This document shows, one piece after another, positions 12,601-25,186 of a stretch of DNA of 64,000 bases (positions within the stretch are counted from its first letter, which is position 1; each line of letters starts with the position of its first letter). The position numbers and the translations under genes were made by a program. The DNA is from Plasmodiophora brassicae (lineage: Eukaryota): contig CP145422.1 of the NCBI GenBank assembly GCA_036867785.1, positions 248,001-312,000 on the forward strand, written 5' to 3'. Below the pieces are notes generated by a model. The model did no database searches and was not told where the DNA came from. It saw only the letters and a program-made list of their open reading frames with translations.

Positions 12601-13817
12601 TGGTCGGTGAGGATAGCCATGTGCGCCTGGCCGCACGCCACCTGCAGGACCTTCTCCTTGAAGCGGACGGGGCGCGGCCGGAAGCAGATGTTGGGCTGGT
12701 CCTTCGGGTGCAGATTCTCGCCGAACCCCCAGACGTACAAGGTGCCCGTCGACGTCACCGCCGCCGAGTTCGTCGCCCCGCACGACACCTGCACGACCTT
12801 CACGGGCGACAGCGCGTCGATCAGCTTCGGGCTCATGACGTCATCGCCGTTGTCGTGGCCCAGCTGCCCGTGCTCGCCGCCCCCGCACGACAGCACCTTG
12901 TTGCGCTTCGTGATGAAGCAGGTGTGCCGGTCGCCGCAGCTGATGGCGATCGGCGGGCCGCACCCGTTCAGCGTGTCTGTGCCCGACCCAGGCCCGGTCA
13001 GCACCCCGAGCCGGCCCACACAGGCCCGCAGTCGCCGTCGTACCGGCGTCGAATTCGACCTGTTTCGGGTATCGCTCGTCGAACCGGGTGCCCAGGCCCA
13101 GCTGGCCGTACTTGCCGCTGCCCCACGTGAAGACGCGCTCGTCGTCGGTCAGCGCGGCCGTGTGGTACTGCCCGCAGGCGACCGAGATGACGACCACCGA
13201 CATGGACACCTGGGCAGCACGCGTCACGACGCACGGCAACGGGTGTGTGTGTGGGTCAGCCGGGCGGGCGGCGCCGTACGAGAGTGTCGACGACGGCCGG
13301 CAGCGGGCGCATGTTGTGCTGCTTGTCGAGGGAGCCGAGCTGGCCCATGCGCCCGTCGCCCCAGGTGTACACGTGGCCGGCCTCGGTCAGCGCCGCCGAG
13401 TGGAACCCGCCGCAGGCCACCTGCATGATGGCCTGGTCGAACTCGACAGGCGTCGGCACCTGCGCGCACACGCCGGCGTTTGGTCACACGGGGGCGCACG
13501 CACCACGCACCGCGCCAGGGCACACGCACCTTGGCGCACCGGTCGGTGCCCCGGCCGACGCGGCCCAGCTGGCCGTAGAACCCGGCGCCGAACGTGTACA
13601 CCAGGGTGCCCGTCGGGCCCTTCGGTGCCGCGCCCGTCGCCCGTTTCCGCTTGAACTGGCGCAGGTCCTTCAGGTTCTCGAAGCTGTCAAAGATCAGCTC
13701 GCGGCGCTTGAAGTCCAGGGCGACGCCGCGCGACTTGGACGTCGACGACGTCGTCACCGAGACGGGCACGACCGCACCGGCGGCGGCGGCGGCGGCATCG
13801 TCCTCCGGGGACGCCAT
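9698..13817 (-). CDS. RCC1-repeat protein with long C-terminal coiled coil (ODA docking-complex-like), multi-exon
   Basis: RCC1 repeats (VYTFGAGFYGQLG, VACGGFHSAAL, VACGQYHTAAL, VAAGRYHTMCL, VACGEHHTMAL) at 13.6-12.2 kb. Heptad-rich coiled coil at 11.2-10.1 kb including FHKIKLVTGLSDPQDIIDKF. Confidence 0.8.
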
Positions 13818-14451
13818 TAGGCCGGGTAATACGGAACGCGACGACGACCCGCCCCGGTTAGCAGTGCCCGCTGGGTCCGATCACGCGTACGGTACCCGAT
13901 GGGCGAGGGCGGCGCTAACGGGCCAGACGCGCGCCCCGTCATGTACACATGGTGGGCAGTACGCCCCATCCGGCGACATTCGCCGGATGGGGCGAGGCAA
14001 TGGCCGTGTCCCGCCCATAATGAAGCCGGATGCACTCGCACCCCTTGAACGTCGGTGGCAGTCACCATAATACCAAACGGGCTTGCCTGTCGGGTTGCCC
14101 AGGCACGCGTCGCGCCAGACCAATGCCGACACCCAGTGGGGGAACGGTATACCGTCAGGGACGGGTTCAACCGGCCGCCCGGGGGGTGCGCCCGTACATG
14201 GACCGAGCCGCACGGTTCGTCCAAGAACGCACCTTGCCTACATAGGTAGAAAACGGGCTCTGCTGGTCGCGGGTTCGGATATCATCGTCATCGTTCGTCG
14301 ACCTTCGTATATCGGCACGGGGGGGAGAAAGTCGGGCACAGAGCGACGTGGACATGGAGGTCTGCCGGTGCCCCCGAAGAATGGGGCCGGCCCGCGCGTC
14401 CCCCACCTGATCCCGCAGCGCGCGGTCCGCCCGCCGCCGCCCCGCCGAAAC

Positions 14452-15685
14452 ATGACGCGATCGATGGCGGCCGTCGTCGTCGACTGGGCCGACCGGGTCG
14501 CCCTGGACCTACTGCGGCGTCTGCTGCCGGCATGGCTGCTTGGCCCCGTGATCGGCATCGTCAAGCGCTGCCTACGCTGGGCATCGGGGGCGGGCGGCGA
14601 GATCGAGCGGATCGCCGTGCGCCCGGCGCCCGCCCATCGTCGCATGGCGGACCTGGAGGCGGCCATGCATCGGTCGCGGGTCGTCCGCCCCATCCTGCTG
14701 GCCATGCGCGCCGGCGACGACGTCCAGGCGGTCGCCAAGCGCATCTGCGCCGCCAAGCACGTCCGGGCGGCGGCGCTCGTGTCGTCGGCCATTGCCGAGT
14801 GCCTGCAGGCGATGCAGGCCATGGCCAGGCTGGAGCAGGACCTACAGAGCGCACGCAGGACGCCGTACGACCCGGCCGACGCCTCCCATGAAGCCCTGCT
14901 GAACAAGGTCGGGGACGACCGTGCCGATGCGACCCTCATCGAATCATGTGCTGCCTGATGTGTCGATCGCTCAGTTGTGGAAGTTGCTGCGCCCGGGCGT
15001 CATCCTCCAGGGCCGCATCACGAGCCAGTGGGGCGAGATCGGGTTCCAGGGCGACGACCCCGCCACCGACTTCAGGGGCAATGGACTGCTCGGCCTCGCC
15101 AACCTCGTACGTGTCGCCAGTGGGGGGTCGACCTGGTCCCATCCCCCCCGCCGCCAATCCGTTATCTGACGTCGCTGTCCCGTGCGGCCCCGTCCTGCCA
15201 GGTGGCGTTCGCCGAGTCGTACCCGCGCCTCGCCCAGCACCTCTGTGACCTGTACGGCCGGGACGCCACGAAATTGTCAGTGATGATGTGCCCGCTCGTC
15301 GACCTGATGCACCGACTGACCCTGGTTGGCAGCCCGTCGTTCTGCATCTGTGGGATCAACCTGACGAGCGACGCCCTGGACCTGGTCGTCAGCCGTCAGT
15401 GCAACCAGTTAGTCGCATGGCGCGCGCGCGTGCGACGCATTACGATTCAGCATTTGACGGGTCCCTATCAGGTATCTGTACGCGCGAGGCGGCCCCAGTA
15501 CGGCCACGTTCGCCGACCTGTACGCCGCCCTGTGGTACGTGTTCCACCAGACGTGGCTGGACGAGCGCCCGGACAGCGTCATGCGTTTCAAGGCCGTCCA
15601 CGACGTGTTCCTCGACCGCGCCCGGCGCCGGCTCCGATCGCACGCCATGCCGACGCCGCTCCAATTGCATTCGTATAATCCATGA
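14452..15685 (+). CDS. ELMO/CED-12 domain protein (ELMOD-like Arf/Arl GAP), multi-exon
   Basis: QWGEIGFQGDDPATDFRGNGLLGL signature, FCICGINLT, and last exon FADLYAALWYVFHQTWLDERPDSVMRF ending at TGA 15685. Confidence 0.88.
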
Positions 15686-15817
15686 GAGGTCACCGCACAT
15701 CAGCACACGACGTCACGACCGTTGCCAGGGGCGGGCGCGGGCCGCACATTCCCTGTTACCGGCCAGCCATTGCCGCCCTACGCGTGATTGATCATCATCA
15801 TCGTCATCGTCATCATC

Positions 15818-16516
15818 ATGTGGGCGCTCGTTGTCGCTGTGGTAGCGCCCGTGGCGACAGCCCTCGGCCCGGAATGGGGCTCGCCGGCCGCCATCGTGTC
15901 GTCCTGGGCCGACGCCGCCCGGTCCGCTGCACCTGCTGACGCGACGTCGACGCGCATCCAGTTCCTGAAGCGGCCCATGTACGCCGGCCTGTTCGACGAC
16001 GACGACGACCGGGAGCGGCTGGCGACCGCCGGCCTGAACGACCTGATCTGGGTCCTGCGCCTGGCCTGCGCCCTGGACCGCAACCCGGACGCGTCCTTCA
16101 TGCGGCACTGCCTGGCGAACCGGGCCGCCTACGACGCGCGGTACGGGCCGGTCGGGGCCCTGGACGCGCGCCTCGTACAGCAGGTGGGCCGGCACCGCCT
16201 CAACGCCATTGCCCGGTGCTTCGCGGCGACCGGGCGCGACACCCGCCGACGTCAACGTCCCTGGCGCCCTACGACGACGTCGCTGTCGACCGCGCTGACG
16301 ATTGTCGCCGTCGGGGTCCTCCTCTGCATGCTAGCCTACGTTGCGTCGGCGTCCATGGCGGCCACGTCGCCGGGCCGGGCGCCGGCACCAGCAGGGCCTG
16401 GCATCCGCCGGCCGGCGTCGCTGCCCTGCCCGATCGAGCTGTTCCACCGCGAGTTGCCCGATGTCCCCGACGTCCGGACGACGCGTCGGGCGACCCCCCT
16501 CCAGCGTACCGGGTAG
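15818..16516 (+). CDS. Hypothetical secreted or single-pass membrane protein
   Basis: ATG 15818 with signal peptide MWALVVAVVAPVATALG and TM segment LTIVAVGVLLCMLAYVA. Confidence 0.6.
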   Translation: MWALVVAVVAPVATALGPEWGSPAAIVSSWADAARSAAPADATSTRIQFLKRPMYAGLFDDDDDRERLATAGLNDLIWVLRLACALDRNPDASFMRHCLANRAAYDARYGPVGALDARLVQQVGRHRLNAIARCFAATGRDTRRRQRPWRPTTTSLSTALTIVAVGVLLCMLAYVASASMAATSPGRAPAPAGPGIRRPASLPCPIELFHRELPDVPDVRTTRRATPLQRTG

Positions 16517-16585
16517 CACCATACGAACACGGTTGCGTCGCAGGCACTGTACTGTGTGCCCGCACGCCTTCATCGTACGCTCTCA

Positions 16586-17027
16586 TCATGTCATGTCGTT
16601 GTCCAGGTCAGACACGTCCGCGTCGCTGGCCGCCGCTAGGCCTGTTCGCGGCGGAGGGCGCCGCGCGACCGCCGGCTTGGCCATGCCCTTGACGATGGGT
16701 GCCCTGGCGCCGGACGGGGACGACGCTATGGCGACGTCGGCGGGCGCTAGGCCCGTACTGGCCTCCCAGCGTGCTGCCTTCTGCCGCCGGTCGGTGTCGC
16801 CGTCCTTGTCGTCCGTGTCGGTCATCGCGGCGATCGTCCCGAACACGTCAAAGTCGCTGCAGTCGGCGTCGTCGTTGGAGACCGTAGCGGCAGCATGAGC
16901 ACAGGGCCGGGGGCTTCTCGCTCGCCGCGCTGTGCCACCTGCCGCCTTGACGTCCTTGGTCTGCCGCTTGGGCTCGTCATCCGACATGGTGAGCACCTTC
17001 CAGTCGATGGTCCGATCGACAAGGTGC

Positions 17028-17059
<32 letters not shown>

Positions 17060-18457
17060 TACGGCGTCGCCAATCGTCTGATCACTGGCCATGGTCATGG
17101 CGTCCCAGTCGACGGTCTTGGCCGAGTCGTGCGTCAGGGCGAACGACGGCGGGCGGCGCCCGGGGAACACGAACGTCGGTTTCGCTTGTCGAGGCGATGG
17201 CGACGGCCCGCTGGACGGTGACGCTGCCGATGACGGGCTGACATTGACATGAAGTTCAACAGGTCCAGGCGCCCGGTCCGCATCCTGCAGACGCTGATGC
17301 TGGACCTGTTCGCTAGCCGTCGCGTCGCCCCTGCCCATCAGGAACATCGTGCGCATGATGAAGCCTACGACGATCAGCGACGCGAACGAGAAGACCACGA
17401 CGAGGACGACGTTCGGCGTCAGGCCCGTGCCGGTGACGTCCCCAATGGATTCGATGTCGCTACCCAACGATGCCGACGCCGCCGCGTCCATGACGACAGC
17501 GTGTGCATACGGAGACGGTGACAACGGCGTCGTCTGCCGGGCAGTGGCACGAAGGAGCGTTGTGCGGGTCGTGGGCGCCGCCGACCCCATTAGCGGCGCA
17601 GCACGACAGACAACGACGACAGATAGCCATTGCAGCGGATCCGTGCACGTCAACGGTGCATAGGATGCCGGTGTGTACGGCACCTGGCACTGGTGACGGT
17701 GTAGGCAGGCCGCACGGGCAACATCCATGGACGACGGCGCGTGACATGATGGATCGACGCTATACGTGGGATACGTGCCCTGCGGGTGCCCGAACGACGC
17801 GAACGCAATGTCGGCAATTCGGGCTGATGGCGCCGGGCACGTGATGGTGAACGGGATTGGGTCGGATTCTGGATAGGCGGTCCCTCCCGTAGCCCGCAGG
17901 TGGCCACCGGGCAATGGGTCCGGCGACGGTAAAGGGGCCGTCGGGCTACAGGTCAGATGCCCAATGTATCCAGCCATCGACAACGGATTCGATGCGTCAG
18001 AGGCGCCGGCGACGATGCTGACCAAAGGGATCGGGTCGAATGTAATTGGCATGGCAACCTGTGGTGCAGCGCTGCTGTCCGGCATGGCGAACAGCAGAGC
18101 TGCTGTCGACAACGTGACGGAAAATGACACCCAACGATCACTGGGTACAGGCGAGGTCTCAATGGACGCCTGCCCGTATGCGATCCGAATGGTGCCGCCC
18201 GGAACGAAGACCATTGTCAGCAGGGGAGCTGGTTGTCCAGGCACCCATATCGAAAGAATGGGGCGATCCATTTTCGCAGACATGAAAGACGGAATATGGA
18301 GCCAACCAGTCAGGTTGGATATCGCGTTCGACAAGCATGGGGATGACCTAACGACGATATTGCCGTACGATGGATGCACTGGGGCACTGATTACTACTGC
18401 CGCATGCGCCAGGTGAGACAGAACACAGACAGCGCCTATGAACACGGCGACATTCAT
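16586..18457 (-). CDS. Type I membrane protein with SUEL (galactose/rhamnose-binding) lectin domain
   Basis: 623-aa ORF: signal peptide, ITCPAPSARIADIAFASFGHPQG...CHAPSSMDVARAACLHRHQCQVP (SUEL pattern), TM segment VVLVVVFSFASLIVVGFIM, and a low-complexity cytoplasmic tail. Confidence 0.8.
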
Positions 18458-18616
18458 TCTACAGATGCAAGTGCATCAGAGCGATCCAGCCAGCGTACTC
18501 ATGCCGAGCAAATATCTGCATGCATGCACGTGCGAAATGAACTGGCCTGGACTCGCTTGTAGGGACCAGGCCGACATTTGCGCAGCATTGTTTGCCAGAC
18601 AGGTCTGCAAATTTTA

Positions 18617-18956
18617 GAGCATCTCCACCCGTTGTACCTAAACCTAAATTTTTCCGTAGATTTAGAGATAATGATAATGAATTTGTTCCCCACCCGTCGT
18701 ACCTATACCTAACCGTTTAGGTAGAGTCTTTAAACGGGACCACAGATCTGAGCAGATCTGTCACGGAGTATAGGTAGCGCCCAACGGCAGCGGAAATGCG
18801 TGGGACGCCGTCGGATCGGACAACTCCACGGCGACACACGTTCACAGAATTAGAGACGCCGAGCACCGCTGGGGGGAGCACCCATTTTTCTGTAAATTTG
18901 GTGATCCCTATGAGTCCGCTTAGGTATAGGTTTAGGTACAACGGGTGGAGATGCTC
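18617..18956. mobile_element. MITE, PIF/Harbinger (Tourist)-like, 340 bp
   Basis: Perfect 30-bp TIRs GAGCATCTCCACCCGTTGTACCTAAACCTA, flanked by TTA on the left and TAA on the right (imperfect as a 3-bp TSD). Non-coding. Confidence 0.8.
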
Positions 18957-19124
18957 TAAGTGGACAGTAAGCGCAGGTGACGGGCAACGAAAGTTTGCCT
19001 GGTTAGAGCACCTCCACTGCGCCGCGTTTTCAGCATCTTCACATATGTGTGGGACGGTTGGAAAATAATGAGTTTGGGGGTTGGGCGACCACCCACGAAG
19101 CTAGAAAAAAAGAACGAGGCTACT

Positions 19125-19215
19125 GCCACGGGATCCAAGTGGCAGCAAGGAAAACCACGTGGCAGCAAGGAAACCACGACGTGGCAGTAAGGAAACCACG
19201 TAACCATGTGGTAGC
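19125..19215. repeat. Short degenerate direct repeats (CCACGTGGCAGCAAGGAAA-like)
   Basis: 3-4 imperfect copies. Possibly subterminal repeats of an old DNA transposon. Confidence 0.45.
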
Positions 19216-19429
19216 ACCTGGCTCCCGTGGCGAGCGAGGCGGCAGCTGTCACGACTGAGTCGTGTTGGCGACTCAGCCGGCACCAAATTGGGCTCCTTCG
19301 TAGCGCACTAGGTACAATAAACGTCCACGGCGCGGACCGACCTCAGTCGGTCAATCCGTGTGGTTGACTCATCGTGTTCGGTCATCACATTTTGACCGAC
19401 TAACCTTCTGTCGTCGTCTTGTCTCGACT

Positions 19430-19695
19430 CGTATCGTATTGTGCCGTATCGTATCGTATTGTGCCGTATCGTATCGTATTGTGCCTTATCGTATCGTATT
19501 GTGCCGTATCGTATCGTATTGTGCCGTATCGTATCGTATTGTGCCGTATCGTATCGTATTGTGCCGTTTCGTATCGTATTGTGCCGTATCGTACCGTGCC
19601 GTACCGACTAACCTTCTGTCGTCGTATTGTCTCGACTCGTATCGTATTGTGCCGTATCGTATCGTATTGTGCCGTATCGTACCGTGCCGTACCGT
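19430..19695 (+). repeat. 20-bp tandem repeat (CGTATCGTATTGTGCCGTAT)n in the 5' leader of element A
   Basis: Directly visible. It generates the spurious RIVSYCAVSY ORFs. Confidence 0.9.
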
Positions 19696-21649
19696 TTCTA
19701 TTGTTGGTATTGTATTGCATTCATGGCAGGAGGCGATGGGTCGATTCCGTCATGGGCGGACGACGTCCCATCGTCCGCGAATCCGGATGTTGCGGGTGCG
19801 TCGGATTTTGCTCTCGGTCCCCTGTCGCATCTGACTTCGCGCGGGGTGTTCTGCCACTGGCGAATCATCTCCCTGCACGACCGCTCACCCCGCCTTCGCT
19901 CACTAGTACCGCTGCCGATTGGCCCGACGACTCTCTGTCCTGTTCGGACCCTCACTCCCCGCCTGCCTTATCGTCCCTACACGTTTCTGCCGCCTCGACG
20001 TCTCTGCAGGACCCCGGCGGCGCGCCTCGGCATGACCCTGTCTCCTCGACGTCGCAGCATATTGGCGCTTCGTCCGTTGGGGCTCGGGTGCCGGCGCCAC
20101 GGGTGTCTCCGGGCCTACCCTTAACGTCTATTGTTGTCCAGTCACAAGACATTCCGCGTTTTTCGGGAAGCGATGGTCTGTCGACGACGCGTTGGTTGAC
20201 TGCGTTCTCTCGGATCACCCAGACGTCGTTAACGTCTACAAGTCCTCTATCCGGCGATGTGCAATGTGTCTTAACGACAGCCTTGCAAGGTCAGGCCCTT
20301 GAGACTTACCTCGACTTGCCTGCGGACGCGTCTATGGCGGACGTAGCGTCCGTCCTGCTCCATGACTTCCCGGGACCTTCGTTCAAGCAGGTTGAAGCGC
20401 AGTTTGACAACATGAAGCAGACTGCAGGTGTCGCTCACCACGCACTGGCATTCCAACGCTTGTACAAGCACCTTCAACGGCTTGACCCATTGTACAGACT
20501 CAGTCCGGCCCGCTTGGCGGAAAAGTTCCGCCTCTCGTTGAACCCTGCGCTCTCCGAAGCGCTGTTCTTCTACAACTTCAGAGACTACGACAAAGTTCTC
20601 GAGATGGCGGTTCATCTTGAGTCGAAATACCCACTCGCCGCCATCAACGCTGGCGGTGATGCAGGGGCACAACCCCTGGCTTGCCACTATTGTCGCGAAG
20701 TTGGGCATTTTATTGCGTCCTGCCCGAAGAGGCCACCGTGCCCGCACTGTCATAAGGTTGGCCACCGCTCATCGCTGTGTCCCGAGCGGACCGGCAACCC
20801 TCTCCACGTCACTGATCTGTTCCTTATGACGTCTCCCTCAATACCGCATCTATTGGTATCGGTACGCCTCGTTATCGGCTCACGCCGTGTCAACACTATC
20901 GCCCTGTTAGACTGTGGTGCGACTTCCAACTTCATCGACTGGTCGTTCTGTCGTCACCATGAAATACCGGTTCGCTCTAAATCGCGTGCCATTCCTGTTC
21001 GCGTCATCGACGGGCGACACCTGTCTCCAGTAACTCAGGAAACCGTCCCGCTACGTGCTACCGTCGACGGATGTTTCGACAGCGATGTCGTCCTGAACAT
21101 GATCCACTCGCCTCAACACCCTGTCATTCTTGGGCTGCCTTGGTTGGCGGATACAAACCCAGATATCGATTGGCGTCAGCGCCGCCTACAGCGCCGCGGA
21201 GATACCCTCGTGGGGATCCGTACAGGAGACGTCCATCACAGGCAGCATATCGGCTACAGCGGGGATACAATTTTGCGAAGGAGCTACAAATCGGCTACAT
21301 CAGTGGACACATTGGTGATACATTCTTCCGCCTGCCCACGGACTGCGCTGATGGGGATACAAATGTGCTACAAGCCTTCAGCACCGCGCTTGGACGTACA
21401 ACCAAACATCGTTTACTTATCCACTCGTAGAGCATGCAACGGACGACGCCACAATCGCATTGGCCCTCGGCAGCACACAGACAAAGCTGGCGCGCATGTT
21501 CGACCCACTGTGCGAGATCATCTCTGGAATTTTCGTGGGCACCAAGACGACGTTCGCCGGAACCGACTGGTTGATCGGGAAGAACGGCGACAGTTCACGT
21601 CCGGACGCCAAGCCATCCCCGGTAATATATCGTGGCAGCTTTAACTCGA

Positions 21650-23391
21650 CGCGCCGATTCCCAATTCGCAGTTTCTTGGGGACGTACATCCTCCACCAAC
21701 TGTTCAAATGACCGGATTCAAATGCAGACACTTGGGTAACAGCAGTTTCTCCCAATTACCGTTGACAGATGAACACGTTGAACGGCGGGCCGCCAGGGAA
21801 TTCGAACTGACCAATCGCTTCGATCTGGCCGGTGTAATGTTCGTCTCCTGATATCGTGTAGACCAGGTCATTCTGGCTCCCTGGAAACGTGCGATCCAGC
21901 TGCGTCGTCCTCCATAGCACATTACCTAAAGCAAAGTAAGGACAACGTTGTGAAAGGCGCTGATGCAGCGGGTTTGTACCATAATACGCCCGGTGATACA
22001 CTTTGACTTTCGTGGGAAGCAACCGCCGACCGAAGTTGGTTAAACACCACTCGTCAAAGGCGTCGACGTCGCGGAACATGTCAACGTACTCGCGTACAGA
22101 GTGACCGACGTCGTGCGCAAACTGATGACATGCATCACGGTACTCGTCGAAGTATGGATGAGCATGGGCAGTGCGCCATTCCTGACTGCCGTACATATGG
22201 CGGTGCAGCCAAGCCCGATCGTGTCTCGACAGTAGCAGGTCGCTGGCGGGTTGGTCCACAGGTAACGCCAACACGAGCCCGTTCTGATCCTGCTCGTCGA
22301 CCTCTTCTGCATCTCCGAACGTAAACCGGTTCCTGGTTTGCGTTGGGAAACAATCGGCAGTCAGCCCTGACAAAGTGCTCGGTAAATAACTCAATGATGA
22401 CAATAACCTGGTGCTGTTCTCTTACCGGTTCCTCGCTGTCGCCGACATCACCTGGAACGCTTGTACGATGTTACGCGCGAACCCGATCGTCGCGGATAAC
22501 GCGCGTTTCACGTAGTGCATCCATCGCTCCACGTAGTAATTCCAGACAAATCCCTTGATTGGGCCGAACTGTTTAACGATATCAGGGATGTGCATTATGG
22601 AATGGGCCTACGACCAGCCGTCAACACAATCAAAGCACTCGTGTGAAGCATTTCTTACTGATATGGTCATCATGGTCGCTGGCCCTAAATACTCCATCTC
22701 AGCGAGAGCGGCGCGAAATTCCAAAGCGATATTGTCAAGGGCAGACTTGGGAATTGCCTTTGACAAAAGGAGGTTTGCGCAGTGAAGAAAGGTAAAGAAT
22801 GCCGACCAGAAACGCCTGCAGTGCAACCGTGCGTGTTACCTCAGCGATAGATTCCCCAGCGCACTGCAACTTTGCCAGCTTCGCCGTAGAATGAATAACT
22901 TGAGACATGCGAGTAAACGCGGCGTCGGACAGGGAGGACTTGCACATCTCGTCGAGGACGAAGAAAGTCTGCTGCAGACCAATGCTAGGCTTAGCACAGG
23001 GCCTGACAAACCCGGGAATGCGGGCTTTCAGCAGCGCCGCTAGTGCTTCGGAGCACTCGACTAGACATTCATCAGCATCGGGCGGAAGGGCTTCCCCGAC
23101 ATCAAAATCGACATTGGATATGTTCGATTCAGCATCATAGGTAGCATGCATCTTGGCGGCGCCCGCTGATGCATGGTCGGAGTCATACGACGAATCGGAA
23201 ACAGATGAATCGGAATCCTCGGGCGAATGATCGACGACAGGAGTGTCGACGATGGGCATTGGGGACGATGGACTAGTGCTGTCCGATGGTGGAATCGAAC
23301 TGGCCGCATCAGTTCGTGCAGCCTTCCTGGCACGAAGAAGACGTGGGGTCAGACGCATGTCGATGCAGCGAGGCGACACAGGTTGCGGCAA
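21650..23391 (-). pseudogene. CACTA Tnp2-like transposase remnant (DUF4218-like region)
   Basis: Spliced minus-strand reading AHSIMHIPDIVKQFGPIKGFVWNYYVERWMHYVKR resembles the EnSpm H..H....GP....W.Y..ER motif. The catalytic core appears deleted near 22830. Boundaries approximate. Confidence 0.65.
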
Positions 23392-24991
23392 GTGACAAGT
23401 CCGAGGAAGCCGACGAAACTGGCGCGTACACTACCCAGCGGCGGACCGCAGGCGTACACGTCGAGACCGTTATGTACAAATGTAATACGAAACAGAATCT
23501 GACGTAGGTACGTTAGGGTAAGCAGATACTGTATTGTTAATCCTGCTCAAATCGTGGAATACGGAAAGAAGCCTTGTGACGAGAAGTCGTAGTGAGCGGC
23601 GTTTTGCAAGATTCAGTGCGACCGGCTCGGGAGAGGGTGCCGGCTCGGGAGAGGGGTGCTGCATGAAGGCTGCGCAACCCCAGTGGACTCGACCCAGTCA
23701 GAGTCCGATCCGGGCTGCTCATTCGTGACGTGCGCCCACAACCACTCAAAGTGATATTGGGCGGTGTAGGTCGAGATGTCGCGACGAAGACGAGCATCGT
23801 CGAGGTACAAGTACGTCGGCCCTCTTGTCAGGTATCTGACTGTTGGCATTCGAACACAGACCTTCACGGGAAGCCCGTTCAGAGACTCAACGGTCAACGT
23901 CACCCAGTCCTGGCCCTACTCGTGATCCGTTTTCGGGCAGGGGGAAAGAACCCTTGCCACAGGGGCCGATTGCGGAATACCTGTCACCGGAGAATGTCAG
24001 GGCAGCAATGACGCCCCAGCGCAACGCGCTGCGGAGCGGGATGAAAACTCTGTGTGCCGCGTAGGTCAGGCATGGTTTGATATGACCTTATACAATCTGA
24101 CGAAACCGTGGTTGTATAGCTATTACAGTGACGAGTATTTGCTGTCGATGGGCGGACAGAAGAAGCCCACCACGATGAAGATCCATAATGACTTGAAGGA
24201 CTGGTTGAGGCATCGCGATGATCTCAGTGTAGAGGATGTCGACCAGTTCTCCTATAATCATACGAATCTTAGTAAGTGTGTATTTCCATGTAAACACCAC
24301 TGTTTCTGAATGTGTTAACTGCTCTTAGTGATCAAAACTGAGATTGCGAGGCGCCGAGATGATCTGGGGATACGCCATCACCAAGAGGGATCTCAGGTGC
24401 GTCGGAAGAATCGCATGACGATGATGATGATGAGGATTACACCTGGGTGCATCCCGACCTCGTTAAGATGACGGCTCGTCATATAAAGCGCGCCCAGCAA
24501 GAGCTGAGGAATCGGTAATACAGTTTCACGCTCCGGCGGGGTGCGATTCGTCGCAATGGATACGGGTTTCGTGCTTCGAATGCGCTACGAAATACGGTAG
24601 TAGAAGGGCTACAGCTGGGCTACATTAATGTAGCCGGTCTGTTACCGAACGGCTACATTTACGCTACATTAATGTAGCGTAACTGTAGCCTTCCGGCTAC
24701 ATCCAGACTACAAGTGTTGTAGCTAAAATGTGTCCAATCGGCTACATCTCAGATACATTGAATGTAGCGTGTATGCAATCAGGACACTGTTGCGACCTCG
24801 AGTTCGCAGTCCGTGGCGGAGTCCGTGGCGGAGTTCGTTGCTGACTGACCTATCTGGCTTTGCGGACATTCCGGACATTCTCACGGTGCTGCCATGGCAG
24901 TTCACGGACTACTAAAGTCATTCTGTTATTGTCCTGCTTGAGTTCACGTGTCCCGTGCTTCAATTGGTTTTGGGCCCATCCCAAGCCTACC

Positions 24992-25106
24992 TCTGTCCCT
25001 GTTTCTGTCCCTGTTCCTGTCCGTGTTCCTGTCCCTGTTCCTGTCCTTGTTCCAGTCCCTGTTCCTGTCCCTGTTCCTGTCCCTGTTCCTGTCACTGTTC
25101 CTGTTC
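24992..25106 (+). repeat. (CCTGTY)n hexamer repeat in the leader of element B
   Basis: Directly visible. Confidence 0.85.
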
Positions 25107-25186
25107 CAGCGTCCGAAGCCCCTCGTGATCCAGCTCGCGTCGTGACCGCCCGCGTTCCGTCTCCGTCTCTCTCGTGATCGCCCGCA

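Noticed and set aside
2578-13800. Many long overlapping Arg/Pro/Ala-rich ORFs (e.g. 4997-6586 minus, 10005-11045 plus)
   Set aside because: Shadow ORFs caused by high GC and codon bias opposite or overlapping real genes.
18637-18936. TTTAGG/CCTAAA motifs suggesting telomeric repeats
   Set aside because: Isolated copies within the MITE TIRs, not a tandem array.
19430-19695. Regular repeat array resembling CRISPR
   Set aside because: Head-to-tail 20-mers without unique spacers, inside an LTR element leader, with no cas genes and a eukaryotic context.
21237-21644. C-terminal extension of the 741-aa gag-protease ORF
   Set aside because: Read-through into the CACTA terminus. The true continuation is at 30142.
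24788-24962. Alternative canonical TG..CA boundaries for LTR B (TGTTGCG...TTCA)
   Set aside because: LTR identity extends beyond them on both sides, and the TSD, PPT and PBS all abut the AAT...ATT boundaries.
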